A stretch of 63,397 bases of DNA, counting the filler, from Octopus bimaculoides (lineage: Eukaryota): assembly GCF_001194135.2 (NCBI RefSeq). It is 9 parts of 9 records of this genome, joined end to end, with 100 filler letters (N's around TTAATTAATTAA, not from the genome) between each part and the next. Parts side by side here need not be neighbours in the genome. Positions count along the whole stretch, not along the records: positions 1 to 14,352 come from NC_069007.1; 8 more parts are not named here. One strand, written 5' to 3'. Position 1 is the first letter of the stretch. Every line of letters begins with the position of its first letter. The translations under genes and the position numbers were made by a program. Below, piece by piece: positions 1 to 12,063 of the stretch. Under the pieces are notes generated by a model, which saw nothing but the letters and a program-made list of their open reading frames with translations, was not told the DNA's origin and made no database searches.

Positions 1-35
<35 letters not shown>

Positions 36-40
36 CATAC

Positions 41-190
41 ATTTTCTTGTCTTTTCTTCTGCATCTTCAGTTTGAATCAGTCTTCCGCAGTTTTGGTTTC
101 ATTCCTAATCATTCCTTTAATTGCATTTCCAATTTCGAGTCTTTGAGTCTTGTAAAAGTCTCCAGAGAAGTAACCTCTTGTTTTTAGAGG
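41..190 (-). other. Candidate exon of an unidentified minus-strand gene (150 nt)
   Basis: Long T-rich tract ending ttttttgcag, and a gtatgt donor; frame 0 reads PLKTRGYFSGDFYKTQRLEIGNAIKGMIRNETKTAED*FKLKMQKKRQEN. No homolog recognised. Confidence 0.4.
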
Positions 191-560
191 CTGCAAAAAA
201 ACAAAAATCAAAAACAAAAAATAACAAAAACAAGAAAGATAAAAGGATAAAAACGAAAATGAAAGTGTGTTTCTGCATGAGATGCTTACAATTGTGAAGA
301 TTTAAAATCACAACAAGAAGAATAACAACAACAACAACAACAGTAATAACAACAACAATAACAATAACAACCATAATAAATTTAGTTTGGTATTGCTTAT
401 GGTAAACAACCGCAGGAGTTTGATATTAATCATCTGTGTATAGTGTTAGACAAGTGAATGTGTGTGTATACATATATACATACATATGTATGCATATACA
501 TATNNNNNNNNNNTTATTATTATTATTATTATCATTATTATTATTATTATTATTATTATA

Positions 561-1070
561 CTTCTCAGAGGTCTCAGTCTTCTTTGCTCTGGTTGATTCC
601 GTGAAAGCGCACAGCAACCTGTTATCAGAGGTCTGACAGGGTCTCTTTCCACAAATTGTAAGCTTTGATACATGGATGCTAACTTATTGAGGAAGTCACT
701 CAAAACCCGAGCACCAGTTTCAAAATCCTAGCTGTCCCCAATAGAACAGATTTTGGGGCCTGCTTTACCCGAATTTCAATTCTTATTTCTCCAACATATT
801 TCTTGAACCTGGTTGTTAGTGCTCTGAGTTCCCCGACAACTGCTCAGGCATCAGTTACTCTCCTCTTTGCCCACATTCTTTCAAGTTCCTCTTTTAGTGG
901 TCTATATTTTACCATCTTTTCCAGCTTTTTGTCATCTTTGCATGCATTTCCAGAAATGGTAATACCTATAGTCTTGGTTTCCGTTTTTCTTTTATCCACT
1001 ACACCAATGTCTGGTCTTTAAGCATTGACGAGGGAGTCACATTAGGTTGTAAAATCATCTTCATCAACAT
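561..1070 (-). mobile_element. R4/Dong-like non-LTR retrotransposon 3' end (restriction-like endonuclease domain plus 3'UTR)
   Basis: Minus strand reads RPDIGVVDKRK...LEKMVKYRPLKEELERMW...*AVVGEL...KSVLLGTARILKLVLGF*; the 3' end abuts a (TAA)n tract at about 514-559. Confidence 0.85.
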
Positions 1071-2291
1071 AAAAAAAAATGTGAATATTTTGTGTATTAA
1101 AGCAATTTATTGCATATAAATTTTAAGAACAAAATCTTGTGTGCCCCCCCCCCCCCTGGGCCATATGGACCTCTGTTGAGAAGCCCTGGGTTGAAGAATG
1201 ATAGAGGGACAGGAAATAGGTGTCTTGCTGTAGAAGAGACACGTGGATACCCCAGTTGGAAAACAGAGAGAAATGAGAGAAGAGCGAGAGAGGAGATGGT
1301 GGTGAAGACGTGTCAAGGCATATCTATGATTGACAGGGAGGGGNNNNNNNNNNNNNNNNNNNNNNNNNNNNNNNNNNNNNNNNNNNNNNNNNNNNNNNNN
1401 NNNNNNNNNNNNNNNNNNNNNNNNNNNNNNNNNNNNNNNNNNNNNNNNNNNNNNNNNNNNNNNNNNNNNNNNNNNNNNNNNNNNNNNNNNNNNNNNNNNN
1501 NNNNNNNNNNNNNNNNNNNNNNNNNNNNNNNNNNNNNNNNNNNNNNNNNNNNNNNNNNNNNNNNNNNNNNNNNNNNNNNNNNNNNNNNNNNNNNNNNNNN
1601 NNNNNNNNNNNNNNNNNNNNNNNNNNNNNNNNNNNNNNNNNNNNNNNNNNNNNNNNNNNNNNNNNNNNNNNNNNNNNNNNNNNNNNNNNNNNNNNNNNNN
1701 NNNNNNNNNNNNNNNNNNNNNNNNNNNNNNNNNNNNNNNNNNNNNNNNNNNNNNNNNNNNNNNNNNNNNNNNNNNNNNNNNNNNNNNNNNNNNNNNNNNN
1801 NNNNNNNNNNNNNNNNNNNNNNNNNNNNNNNNNNNNNNNNNNNNNNNNNNNNNNNNNNNNNNNNNNNNNNNNNNNNNNNNNNNNNNNNNNNNNNNNNNNN
1901 NNNNNNNNNNNNNNNNNNNNNNNNNNNNNNNNNNNNNNNNNNNNNNNNNNNNNNNNNNNNNNNNNNNNNNNNNNNNNNNNNNNNNNNNNNNNNNNNNNNN
2001 NNNNNNNNNNNNNNNNNNNNNNNNNNNNNNNNNNNNNNNNNNNNNNNNNNNNNNNNNNNNNNNNNNNNNNNNNNNNNNNNNNNNNNNNNNNNNNNNNNNN
2101 NNNNNNNNNNNNNNNNNNNNNNNNNNNNNNNNNNNNNNNNNNNNNNNNNNNNNNNNNNNNNNNNNNNNNNNNNNNNNNNNNNNNNNNNNNNNNNNNNNNN
2201 NNNNNNNNNNNNNNNNNNNNNNNNNNNNNNNNNNNNNNNNNNNNNNNNNNNNNNNNNNNNNNNNNNNNNNNNNNNNNNNNNNNNNNNNNNN

Positions 2292-2331
<40 letters not shown>

Positions 2332-2494
2332 TATAAATATACATAAGTACATATATACATGTATACATATATATATACATATATATACACATATATATAT
2401 ATATGAATATACATGTACATATATTTATATACGTGCATTTTCTATGTATACACATACACATGTGTGTGTGTGTGTGTGTACATATGCATGCATA

Positions 2495-2540
<46 letters not shown>

Positions 2541-4523
2541 CAAATGTGTGTGTGATTTGTGTGTTTGTCTTTGTTTGACTTATTCATCTAGCTGTGTACA
2601 CAGAAGATCATTTCATTCTTCCACTTCAAAGAGTGACAGCGGCAACAACTGTCCATTTCAGAGAAAAATATTTTCTTTCCATCTTTCTTTCTTTCCTTCT
2701 TTCTTTCTTTCTTTCTTTCTTTTTCAAAAAATGATTCAAAGATATGAAAATAACTAAGTTATAAAGTAATAGAATCTTCCATTGGTTTTAATGTTCTCTT
2801 TGGGAATTGTTCTAGAGCTGCCGAAATCTCTTGAATGCATTAACTGTGCTGAACCGGCACTGAAAGAAAAATAGAAAAAGGAGGAGGAGGAAGAATATAC
2901 ATAAAAATCAATCATTTTTTGTTCTGTTGAAATTATGGTTGCAGAAGAAAGGAATATGAAGGTGTGTGGGGAAGGCATGGCATCAGAATATTCGGCAAAA
3001 GTTTATTTGTCTTCCTAAGATTTCCATTTCTGCTTTTGGTTTTGTAGTTCTGTAAATATATGAACTTGGTTAAAGGAGATTTAGACTCACCTTTGTCAGG
3101 ACTCTAGGACTCGTAGTGTATCAGTGATTTGAAACCAACCTGCTAGATAGCCAGACAGACATCACAGCCTAACCACATTAGTTTCACATGATCGGTCTCT
3201 TAAGCAACAAATCAGCTTCAAGCTGATTGAATTTTTTGAATTTTCTCCATGTGTCCTGTAAAAAGTGGGTTTTAGCAGTAATCGCAGAATGTTGAGGCAG
3301 CCGTATATTGTATTTTCATTCATGCCACATCCAATCGATTAAGACAAATGGCTGATAGTAGACTGAATTGGGCATTGGTCTGTCGCTGGGTTAATTTGCC
3401 CAGATATTGCTGAAACCCTTCTGGAAATTAGTAGACTGGAACGACATGAATTGAAGTGTTTTGCACAAGATCACAATGCGCTGCCCTGTCTAGGAATTTA
3501 AACCATGTTCTTACAATTGTGAATACAAAAAAACTCAATGCCCTGTCTGGGAAACGAAACCAGGGAACTGAAAAGAAGGTGGCGTTTTATGGATCCTGGG
3601 ATCCATAAGATTTGAGCGAACCTTGTTCCCATGGCATGTGAGTGACTGACGTTACATTACTCAACCCCCACCCCTAAATGCGACATTGGTCTATTGCAGG
3701 GTTAATTTGCCCAGTTATCGCTGGAACCCATTTACAGCTGTGTGGACTGGGGCAACATAAAATGAAGCGTTTTGCTCAAGAACTCAATGCGCTGTCCTGT
3801 ATGGGAATTAAAACTGCAATCTTACAGTCCTGAGTACATCATCCTAACCATTAGGCCATGTGCCTTCTTCCATCTATTGTTGGAAGCCATTTACAGTTGA
3901 GTGGACTGGTGCAGTGTGAAATGAAGTGCTTTCTTCAGGAACACAATACAATGCACTGCCCGGTTGTGGAATCAGAACCATGGAACTCTAAAGAAGTTGG
4001 GATTTGGGTCTCTGATCAGTCCTGTGACTCATGAAGCCAGTGTTTAACTCGGTGAACAAACAACTAAGATTACCATTCTTGGCTCCACTGAACAGGGTTC
4101 TGGTCCATTGTAGGATTGTGTTAACTTGCCTGGGACTAATTTCTAGTTGGTTGGACTGGAGCTACATGAAAAGAAGTGTTTCGCTCAAGAATACAAAGCA
4201 CTGTTCAGTCTGCAGATTGAAAGCATGGAGCTGAAAAGAAGGTGGGGTTTAGGTCCAATATGAGCCCTACGACTCATAAAGTTCGAGCAAACTCAGTTTT
4301 CATGGCATGTGAATAACTGACATTGCAACACTCAACTCTACCCTTGACTGGGATGCTGGTCTGTCGCAGGGTTAACCTGCTCAGCTATTGCCGGAACTGA
4401 AGCAATGTGAAATGAAATGTTTAGCTCAAGAATGCATTGGAATGCACTGACTCATCTGGGAACATCTACATGGTCATTTGGCCTGTTAAAAATAGCAGCA
4501 AAAAAAAAACATCGTTATCAACC

Positions 4524-4930
4524 GCAGGAGTGGCTGTGTGGTAAGTAGCTTGCTCACCAACCACATGGTTCTGGCTTCAGTCCCACTGCGTGGCACCTTG
4601 GGCAAGTGTCTTCTACTATAGCCTCAGGCTGACCAAAGCCTTGTGAGTGGATTTGGTAGACGGAAACTGAAAGAAGCCCGTCATATATATATATATATGT
4701 ATATATATGTATGTGTGTGTATATGTTTGTGTGTCTGTGTTTGTCCCCCCCAACATCGCTTGAGAACCGATGCTGGTGTGTTTACATCCCCGTAACTTAG
4801 TGGTTCAGCAAAAAGAGACCGATAGAATAAGTACTAGGCTTACAAAGAATAAGTCCTGGGGTTGATTTGCTCGACAAAAGGCGGTGCTCCAGCATGGCTG
4901 CAGTCAAATGACTGAAACAAGTAAAAGAGT
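4524..4930 (+). mobile_element. tRNA-derived SINE family A, full length, with internal (TA/TG)n
   Basis: Pol III-like head ggagtggctgtgtggtaag...ttcagtccc; tail gcggtgctccagcatgg...gaaacaagtaaaagagt; recurs many times in the window. Confidence 0.9.
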
Positions 4931-6002
4931 AACCCCTGTACATTACTGTGTCGAGTGCTAGAACTTGTAGGGCCCGATTTTCATGGCAGATAAGTGATCC
5001 AGATCACAACAGTCCACCCTCAATAGGATGCCAGTCCATGGCAGGGTCATTCATTTAGAGCTGAGTAGTGGTTGAATGGAATGAAGTGTTTTGCTCAAGA
5101 ATGCAATGCACTGCCCAGTTTGGGAACATCTATGTGGTCATTCGGACTGCTAGAAATAGCAGCAAAAATTATCTGAGTTTGAGGAAGTATAGGGCCAGTT
5201 ACTCAGTTTCCATGGTGACTGAGTGATCTAGATTGCAACATTCCTCCTTGAATGGAGCACTGGTCCCTTGCAGGGTTGTTCATTTTGCTAGCTGAGGGAA
5301 CTGGAGCAACATGAAATGAAGTGTTTTGCTCAAGAACACAATGTGTCACCTGACCTGAGAACACTGTAGTGTACAGGGGTTGGTAATGATTTTTTTTTGC
5401 TGCTATTTCTAGCAATCCAAATGACCACATAGCTGTTCCTGTGTCAAGTCCTAGAACTCATAGGGCCCTGTTTTTATGACAGATAAGTGACCCAGGTCAC
5501 AACATTCCACCCTCAACAGGATGCCAGTCCATGGCAGGGTCATTCATTTATAGCTGAGTAGTGGTTGAACATACTGGAGCAACATGGAATGAAAGTGTTT
5601 TGCTCAAGAACACCAATGCACTGACCCATCTGGAAATTGAAATCATGCAACTTTAAGAATATAGCATGTCACCTGGTCTGAGAATCGAAATTATGAAACT
5701 GAAAAGAAGAGGGTGGGATTTAAGTTAGTCCTTAATTCTAGGACTCATAAGGTTTCAGCTCACCTGGTTGCCATGGCATATAAATCTGAGATTACAGCAC
5801 TCAATCGACCCACCCCAGAATGTACAGAGATAACTTCTCAGCTGTTATTAGAACCCATTTATATTCGAATGAACTTGAGTGACATGAAATGAAAAATTTT
5901 ACTCAAGAACACAATACAATGCACCGTCTGATCTTGTGATTTTGTGTGCAACTCCCTGACCATTAGGTCCATGTACCTGCTGGAACTATTTTTATAATTG
6001 AC

Positions 6003-6350
6003 TGGAGGAAGACTGAGGACTTGATGGAGATGCTGGGGTTGGAGGAATAGGTGGAACAGCTGGCAAGGGTGATTGGAGTATGGTGGTATGGACATGTGTT
6101 GAGGAGCATGTTCTAAGGAGGGTGCTTGAGTTTGAGGTAAATGGATCACAAAAGCGAGATAGACTGAGGAAAACGTGGAGGGGGACAGGTAGAGGAGGAG
6201 ATTGGGAGGGTTGGCTTGAGAAGGGAGGATACCCGAAACTGGGTGAGATGGTGTGAGGGTGGTTGCTATGGCATTGAAGTAGATCCAGCCACCCCCGTTA
6301 ACTGGGACAAAACCCAGATTTAAAACAATGGATGATGATACTGATGATGA
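6003..6350 (+). mobile_element. RTE-clade LINE 3' end, degenerate
   Basis: Reads EDLMEMLGLEE*VEQLARVIGVWWYGHVLR (RTE-type WYGHVLR motif) and ends in gatgatgat repeats. Confidence 0.75.
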
Positions 6351-6587
6351 TGGACTGGAGCAATGTAAAATCCACTGCCTTATCTGGGAATTGAAATCGT
6401 GACCTTACAATCCTGTGTACAACACACTAACCACTATGACACGCTCCTTCTCCCAGTTATTATTTGAGCACATATATAGTCGAGTGAACTGAAGCAATGT
6501 GATATAGAAGTGTTTTGAAGAAGAACACAACACAGCGACCATTCTGGGAATTGAAACCATAATCTTATAATCATGAGGGCAAAAAAA

Positions 6588-6925
6588 GAGTGAACCCTTC
6601 AGTCATGAGTGACCATGGGATTTCGCCTAGAAAGTTACCCTTGGAGGCACAAGTCTGGGCAAGGTTGTTTATAGAAGGCCAGCAGTCGCCCATGCATACC
6701 AGCCTCCACTCTCCATGCCATCGATGTTATCCAAGGGAAAGGTAAAGGGGCCGATACAGCTTGGCACCAATAATGCTGCAACTCATTTCTACAGCTGAGT
6801 GAACTGGAGCAACGTGAAATAAAGTGTCTTACTCAAGAACACAATATACAGCGCAGTTCAGAAATCGAACTCACAACATCACGATCATAAGCTTGATGCT
6901 CTAACCACTGAGCCATGCGCCTTCA
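6588..6925 (-). mobile_element. tRNA-derived SINE family C, full length
   Basis: Reverse complement has a tRNA-like head aggcgcatggctcagtggttagagc...gagttcga; a near-identical copy lies at 30025-30340. Confidence 0.85.
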
Positions 6926-7189
6926 CAATCACGAGGGTAACACCCTAACCATTAAGCTGTGTGCCTTCTCTCAGCTATTGTCGGGACTCACTTACAGCTG
7001 AGTGAACTGGAACGGCATGAAATGAAGCATTTAGCACAAGAACGCAATGCACTGCCCTGTCTAGGAATCGAACCTGTGTTCTTACAGTCATCAGTACAAC
7101 ACCCTTAACCAATAAACCACGCTCCTTTTCCCAGCTTTTACTTGAACCCATTTATAGGGAAGTGGACTGAAGCAACATGAAATAAACTA

Positions 7190-7251
7190 CCACAATCACC
7201 ACCACCACCATCACCACTACTAGTGCTGCTGCCACTACTACTACGACCACC

Positions 7252-7282
<31 letters not shown>

Positions 7283-7400
7283 ATACCACTATGGTGGTTA
7301 TGAAGACAACTACCACCACCATCACTACTACGACGGCTTACACCCCTGACTACTACTACCACTACCACCATCACTACTACTAATACTACTATTACTACCT
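7190..7400. repeat. (CAC)n/(CTA)n compound trinucleotide repeat
   Basis: Visible directly in the sequence. Confidence 0.9.
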
Positions 7401-7689
7401 CTGTTGCTGCAATAGGAAGTAAGCAAATGAGGGAGCACCTACATGGTCAGTCAATCAGCTAGAAATAGTAGCCAAATCTCCCTCAAAAATCACACATTAA
7501 ATTTTTAAAATAAATGACACATTAGATAACATAGTCAAAATAGAATGCCTAAAGGAAAACAGATGGGATTGTCATGCCTGAAATGTCTGTAGGGGTCTAA
7601 ACAACAACAAGGCATGGGTGAAAGGATATTTACCAGAATCCCATAATTTTTTACCCAAATCTTTAACTTACACAGATAAGCTTCCAGTG

Positions 7690-8790
7690 GGTGTATATAT
7701 TTCAGTTTCAAGAGGATGTATAACTCTTTTCTGAGAATGTGTATAATTCTTTTTCAACAAGTTGTATAATTCTTGTCGAGTGTTTATAATTCTTCTTCCA
7801 GAGTGTGTATAATTCTTTTTCAAAAGGTTGTATAATTCTTCTTCCAGTGTGTTTATAATTCTTCTTCCTGAAGATGTATAATTCTTCTTCCAGTGAATGC
7901 ATAACTCTTCCAATGAATGTATAATTTTTTTACCAGAGTGTGTATAATTTTTATCCCAGAGAGTGTTTAATTCTTCTTCAAGGGTCTGTATAACTCTTTC
8001 ACCAGTGAGTGTATAGTTATCCTTACAGAGCGTGTATATTTTTTCTCCTAGAGAGTATATCATTCTTATTCCCAAAAGCATATAATTTTTCCTCCAGAGA
8101 GCATGTATAATTGTTCTTCCAGAAATTGTATAATTTTTCTCCCAGAGGGTGTATACAATTTTTCCACAAAAGCTATACAGTTCTTCCACGGAGTGTATAA
8201 TTCTTTTTCCATTGTATGTATAATCCTTCTTTAAGAGCGTGTATAATTCTTCTTCCAGTGAGTGTATAATTGTTTTTCCTGAGAGTGTATGATTCATCTT
8301 CAAAATCTATAATTCTTTTCAAGTGTGTGTATACAGAGCATGTATAATGTCTTCCATAGAGAGTGTATGATTTTTATTCCATGGAGGGTGTATAATTATT
8401 CTTCAAAAGACTGTATAAACCTTTCACAAAGCATATAATTGTCCTTCCAGAGAGAGTATATAAGAGAGTGTAGTTCTTCTTCAAGAAAGAGTGTATAAGT
8501 CTTCTAAAAGGCATAAACACTCTTCAACAGAGTGTATAATTTTTCTAGAAAGTAAATATTTTTCCAGAAGGTGCATAAATCTTTTGCCAGAATGTGTATA
8601 ATTCTTCTAGAGAGAATGTATATTTCTTATTCAAGAGAGTGTTTTATTCATCTTCAAGAGAGCATATACATTTCTTCCTCAAGAGAGTGTTTAATTCATC
8701 TTCAAGAGAGTGTATATAATTCTTCTTCAACAAAGAGTGTACAATTCTTCTTTAAGAGGGTAAATAATTCTTCTACTTGAAGAGAGTATG
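7690..8790. repeat. Degenerate minisatellite, unit about 23-27 bp (agagtgtataattcttcttcc)
   Basis: Dozens of tandem variants of gtgtataattcttcttccagag. Confidence 0.9.
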
Positions 8791-10249
8791 AATATAAAAT
8801 GCAGAATCTGGTCTACAAAATTACAGGAATATCAGAGAGAGAGAGGGAGAGAGAGAGAACAAGCCTTATATGTTATATAGTATATTTCATTTATTATTTC
8901 TCATTTATTTTATAGGAGGCTTTTTATGACCAGTGGCATTGTTAGTTCTTGGTCTCCAATGAGCCAATCACTGGTTGGCTGGAATTTATGATGGTGAGAG
9001 TGACAAGGAAATGTTTGTGCATTTTACTGAGAATAAATATCACACAGGGTATTTTTGTTCAAATGCACAGGTTTATCAGATTTCTTGGTGTTATTTATAA
9101 CTTACAGCTGCACTGTTACACCCACCACACACACATTTCTGTATATATATATATATATNNNNNNNNNNNNNNNNNNNNNNNNNNNNNNNNNNNNNNNNNN
9201 NNNNNNNNNNNNNNNNNNNNNNNNNNNNNNNNNNNNNNNNNNNNNNNNNNNNNNNNNNNNNNNNNNNNNNNNNNNNNNNNNNNNNNNNNNNNNNNNNNNN
9301 NNNNNNNNNNNNNNNNNNNNNNNNNNNNNNNNNNNNNNNNNNNNNNNNNNNNNNNNNNNNNNNNNNNNNNNNNNNNNNNNNNNNNNNNNNNNNNNNNNNN
9401 NNNNNNNNNNNNNNNNNNNNNNNNNNNNNNNNNNNNNNNNNNNNNNNNNNNNNNNNNNNNNNNNNNNNNNNNNNNNNNNNNNNNNNNNNNNNNNNNNNNN
9501 NNNNNNNNNNNNNNNNNNNNNNNNNNNNNNNNNNNNNNNNNNNNNNNNNNNNNNNNNNNNNNNNNNNNNNNNNNNNNNNNNNNNNNNNNNNNNNNNNNNN
9601 NNNNNNNNNNNNNNNNNNNNNNNNNNNNNNNNNNNNNNNNNNNNNNNNNNNNNNNNNNNNNNNNNNNNNNNNNNNNNNNNNNNNNNNNNNNNNNNNNNNN
9701 NNNNNNNNNNNNNNNNNNNNNNNNNNNNNNNNNNNNNNNNNNNNNNNNNNNNNNNNNNNNNNNNNNNNNNNNNNNNNNNNNNNNNNNNNNNNNNNNNNNN
9801 NNNNNNNNNNNNNNNNNNNNNNNNNNNNNNNNNNNNNNNNNNNNNNNNNNNNNNNNNNNNNNNNNNNNNNNNNNNNNNNNNNNNNNNNNNNNNNNNNNNN
9901 NNNNNNNNNNNNNNNNNNNNNNNATATATATATATATATATAAACAATTAAATGTTACAAACCTCATTCAGAGATAGCAAAATACTATGAAATTACTGGT
10001 TAGCTACCTATACAAAGAATATTGAGCAGCTAGAACCCTCATCATCATAAGTGATGGAACACCTTGGGAATTACGTTAAGGGTTTATGTGTCTGTGGAGT
10101 ACTCAGCCACTTGCACATTGATTTCAAGAGCATGCTTTTCTGTTGATTGGATCAACTAGAACCCTCATCATAGCTGATGGAGTGTTAGCAGAACAGTATT
10201 AAGTGTTCCAGATTTCTGTGAAACAGTTGCTGTTAAGAATGGCACCCAC

Positions 10250-10811
10250 CTGTAGATACCAAAGTAGACATTGGAACATGGTGCAGCTCTCTGGCTTGTT
10301 TGTTCCTGTTGAGCCATACAACCCATGTCAGCATGGAAAAAGGGATGTTAAATAAAATGATGATAATATATACATTATATGTTATTACATAATGAATAAA
10401 TACATATAGGGATATGGATATATTTATATATAACATACAAAAAATAGACTCCCTCAAATGTCAGGGGACCAAAAATTCTGGTGCTTTGCTGTTTGAGAAG
10501 ATACATCAAGCTAAGTAAAATCGCGGTCCCCTGCATCCCTCTTCAACTGATTGATTCTAATCTTGTGGGCTCATGGATGCTGGTTCCAGGTAAAAAGCAC
10601 CTGTACTGGTGCCATGTAAAGACACCCATGCTGGAGCTGCATAAAAGTACCCAGTAAACTCTGTAAAGTGGTTGGCATTAAGGAAGGCATCCAGCCACAG
10701 AAACCATGCCAAAACAGATTTGGAACCTGGGCAGCTCTTCAGGTGGCCAGCTCCTGTCAAACTGTCCAACCCATGACAGCATGGAAAAAGGGGCTAGATG
10801 ATTATGATGAT

Positions 10812-10812
<1 letters not shown>
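10250..10812 (+). mobile_element. SINE family D (tail ending gatgatga): a tail fragment and a longer copy
   Basis: gtaaagtggttggcattaaggaaggcatccagcc...cctgtcaaactgtccaacccatg; minus-strand copies at 18445-18600 and 21225-21380. Confidence 0.75.
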
Positions 10813-10859
<47 letters not shown>

Positions 10860-12012
10860 CAAAGCAGGTTACATAACTAATGATTTTGAGTAAGGCTCCA
10901 TTGACCTCTAGTCATCATTTGTGCCTGTTTACATCCAAAATAACCTCTGTAAAACAGCTGTTGAGGATGTGAAATGGGATGTACCCACTCACCATTTTGG
11001 AAAATCAAATAATTTTTTTTGTTTTTTAAGGAAAAATATTCTTAGTGCAGGGCAAGAGGTCAGGCTGAAAGAGTTATATCATGTGATATGAGAAATGATA
11101 AAAAAAATTGTTAAACTGTAAATAAAAGTAGGAAAGGAAAGGAAAATAAAAATAGAGTGAGAAGAAAAGTGTAAGGGAGAGAGAGAGAAAGCAATAAAAG
11201 CTGAAAGAACTATCAAAAGGAGAGAGGGAAGAAAGAAGAGAGGAATGCAGAAAAAGAAGAAAGAATGGAATGAAGAGGTTGGACAAAGGTCAAACAAGAA
11301 GCAAGTGTGGCAACTGTGCTATGGTAGCTTAGACAAATAGCAGAGGAAGTATTTCTTCTTGTGCAAACAAGGTGCAAAAGTCTCAAACTTAGAATTCAGT
11401 TATAATCCATGTTAATGAGTGTTAGTCTCTTTTCCATTTTATATTCGTTTATGATCCACACCGAATCACACACAATATATATATATATATATATAGTACA
11501 TTTTACATACAAGATATATATAATGTAAATATGTAGTACATTATATGTAATATATATGTGTGTATATGTTATATCTATATAACATATAATATACATCTTA
11601 TATAAAATAAAACTGGTTCTCAAGAGTTCTGGATGAGGCTTCCTCATGGCAGGAAACACAGATGAGGCAGCAGCAACGAACTTCCTCACTCACCAGATGC
11701 TACATATCAGAGGAAGTTTCAAATAATGAAGGTGTAGCAAAACCAACGGTGGTGCCCCAGCATGGCCACAGCTTCCAAACTGAAACTAGTTAAAGAGTAA
11801 AGAGTTTATGTACTCTATTACATACTAGAGTACTTCCCTTCAAACTACAGTATCTTTTGAAGTATGCCTTTGTGACCAGGGGACACAGTCATTATATATA
11901 TATATATATATATAGATATATATATATATAACAATTGCAGTGTGGAAGGTGTTTATAAGCCATTTAAGAAACACACAAAAACCGTTACATTCACTTCAAC
12001 ATTTAAATTTAA

Positions 12013-12063
12013 TTTGTCAAAATATTTTCGTCGCTTCGAGACCGTGACCTGTTCACTGACAAA
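12013..12063 (-). ncRNA. Minimal type I hammerhead-like motif, G3:C8 core variant
   Basis: UUUGUCA-GUGAACAG-GUCAC(gguctcgaa)GCGAC-GAAA-AUAU-UU/UGACAAA: 7-bp stem I, stem II with 4 of 5 pairs, palindromic loop. Confidence 0.55.

Larger units (their letters stand above)
3330..7190 (-). repeat. Mosaic array of tRNA-derived SINE head/body fragments
   Basis: At least 12 degenerate copies of gactggagcaacgtgaaatgaagtgttttgctcaagaacac, all in the same orientation. Confidence 0.8.

Noticed and set aside
7690-8790. CRISPR-like periodicity
   Set aside because: Eukaryotic context; degenerate tandem units without unique spacers.
8916-9070. Exon-like segment after the ttttatag acceptor, considered as an upstream TM9SF2 exon
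   Set aside because: All three frames from the acceptor hit stops, and there is no TM9SF similarity.
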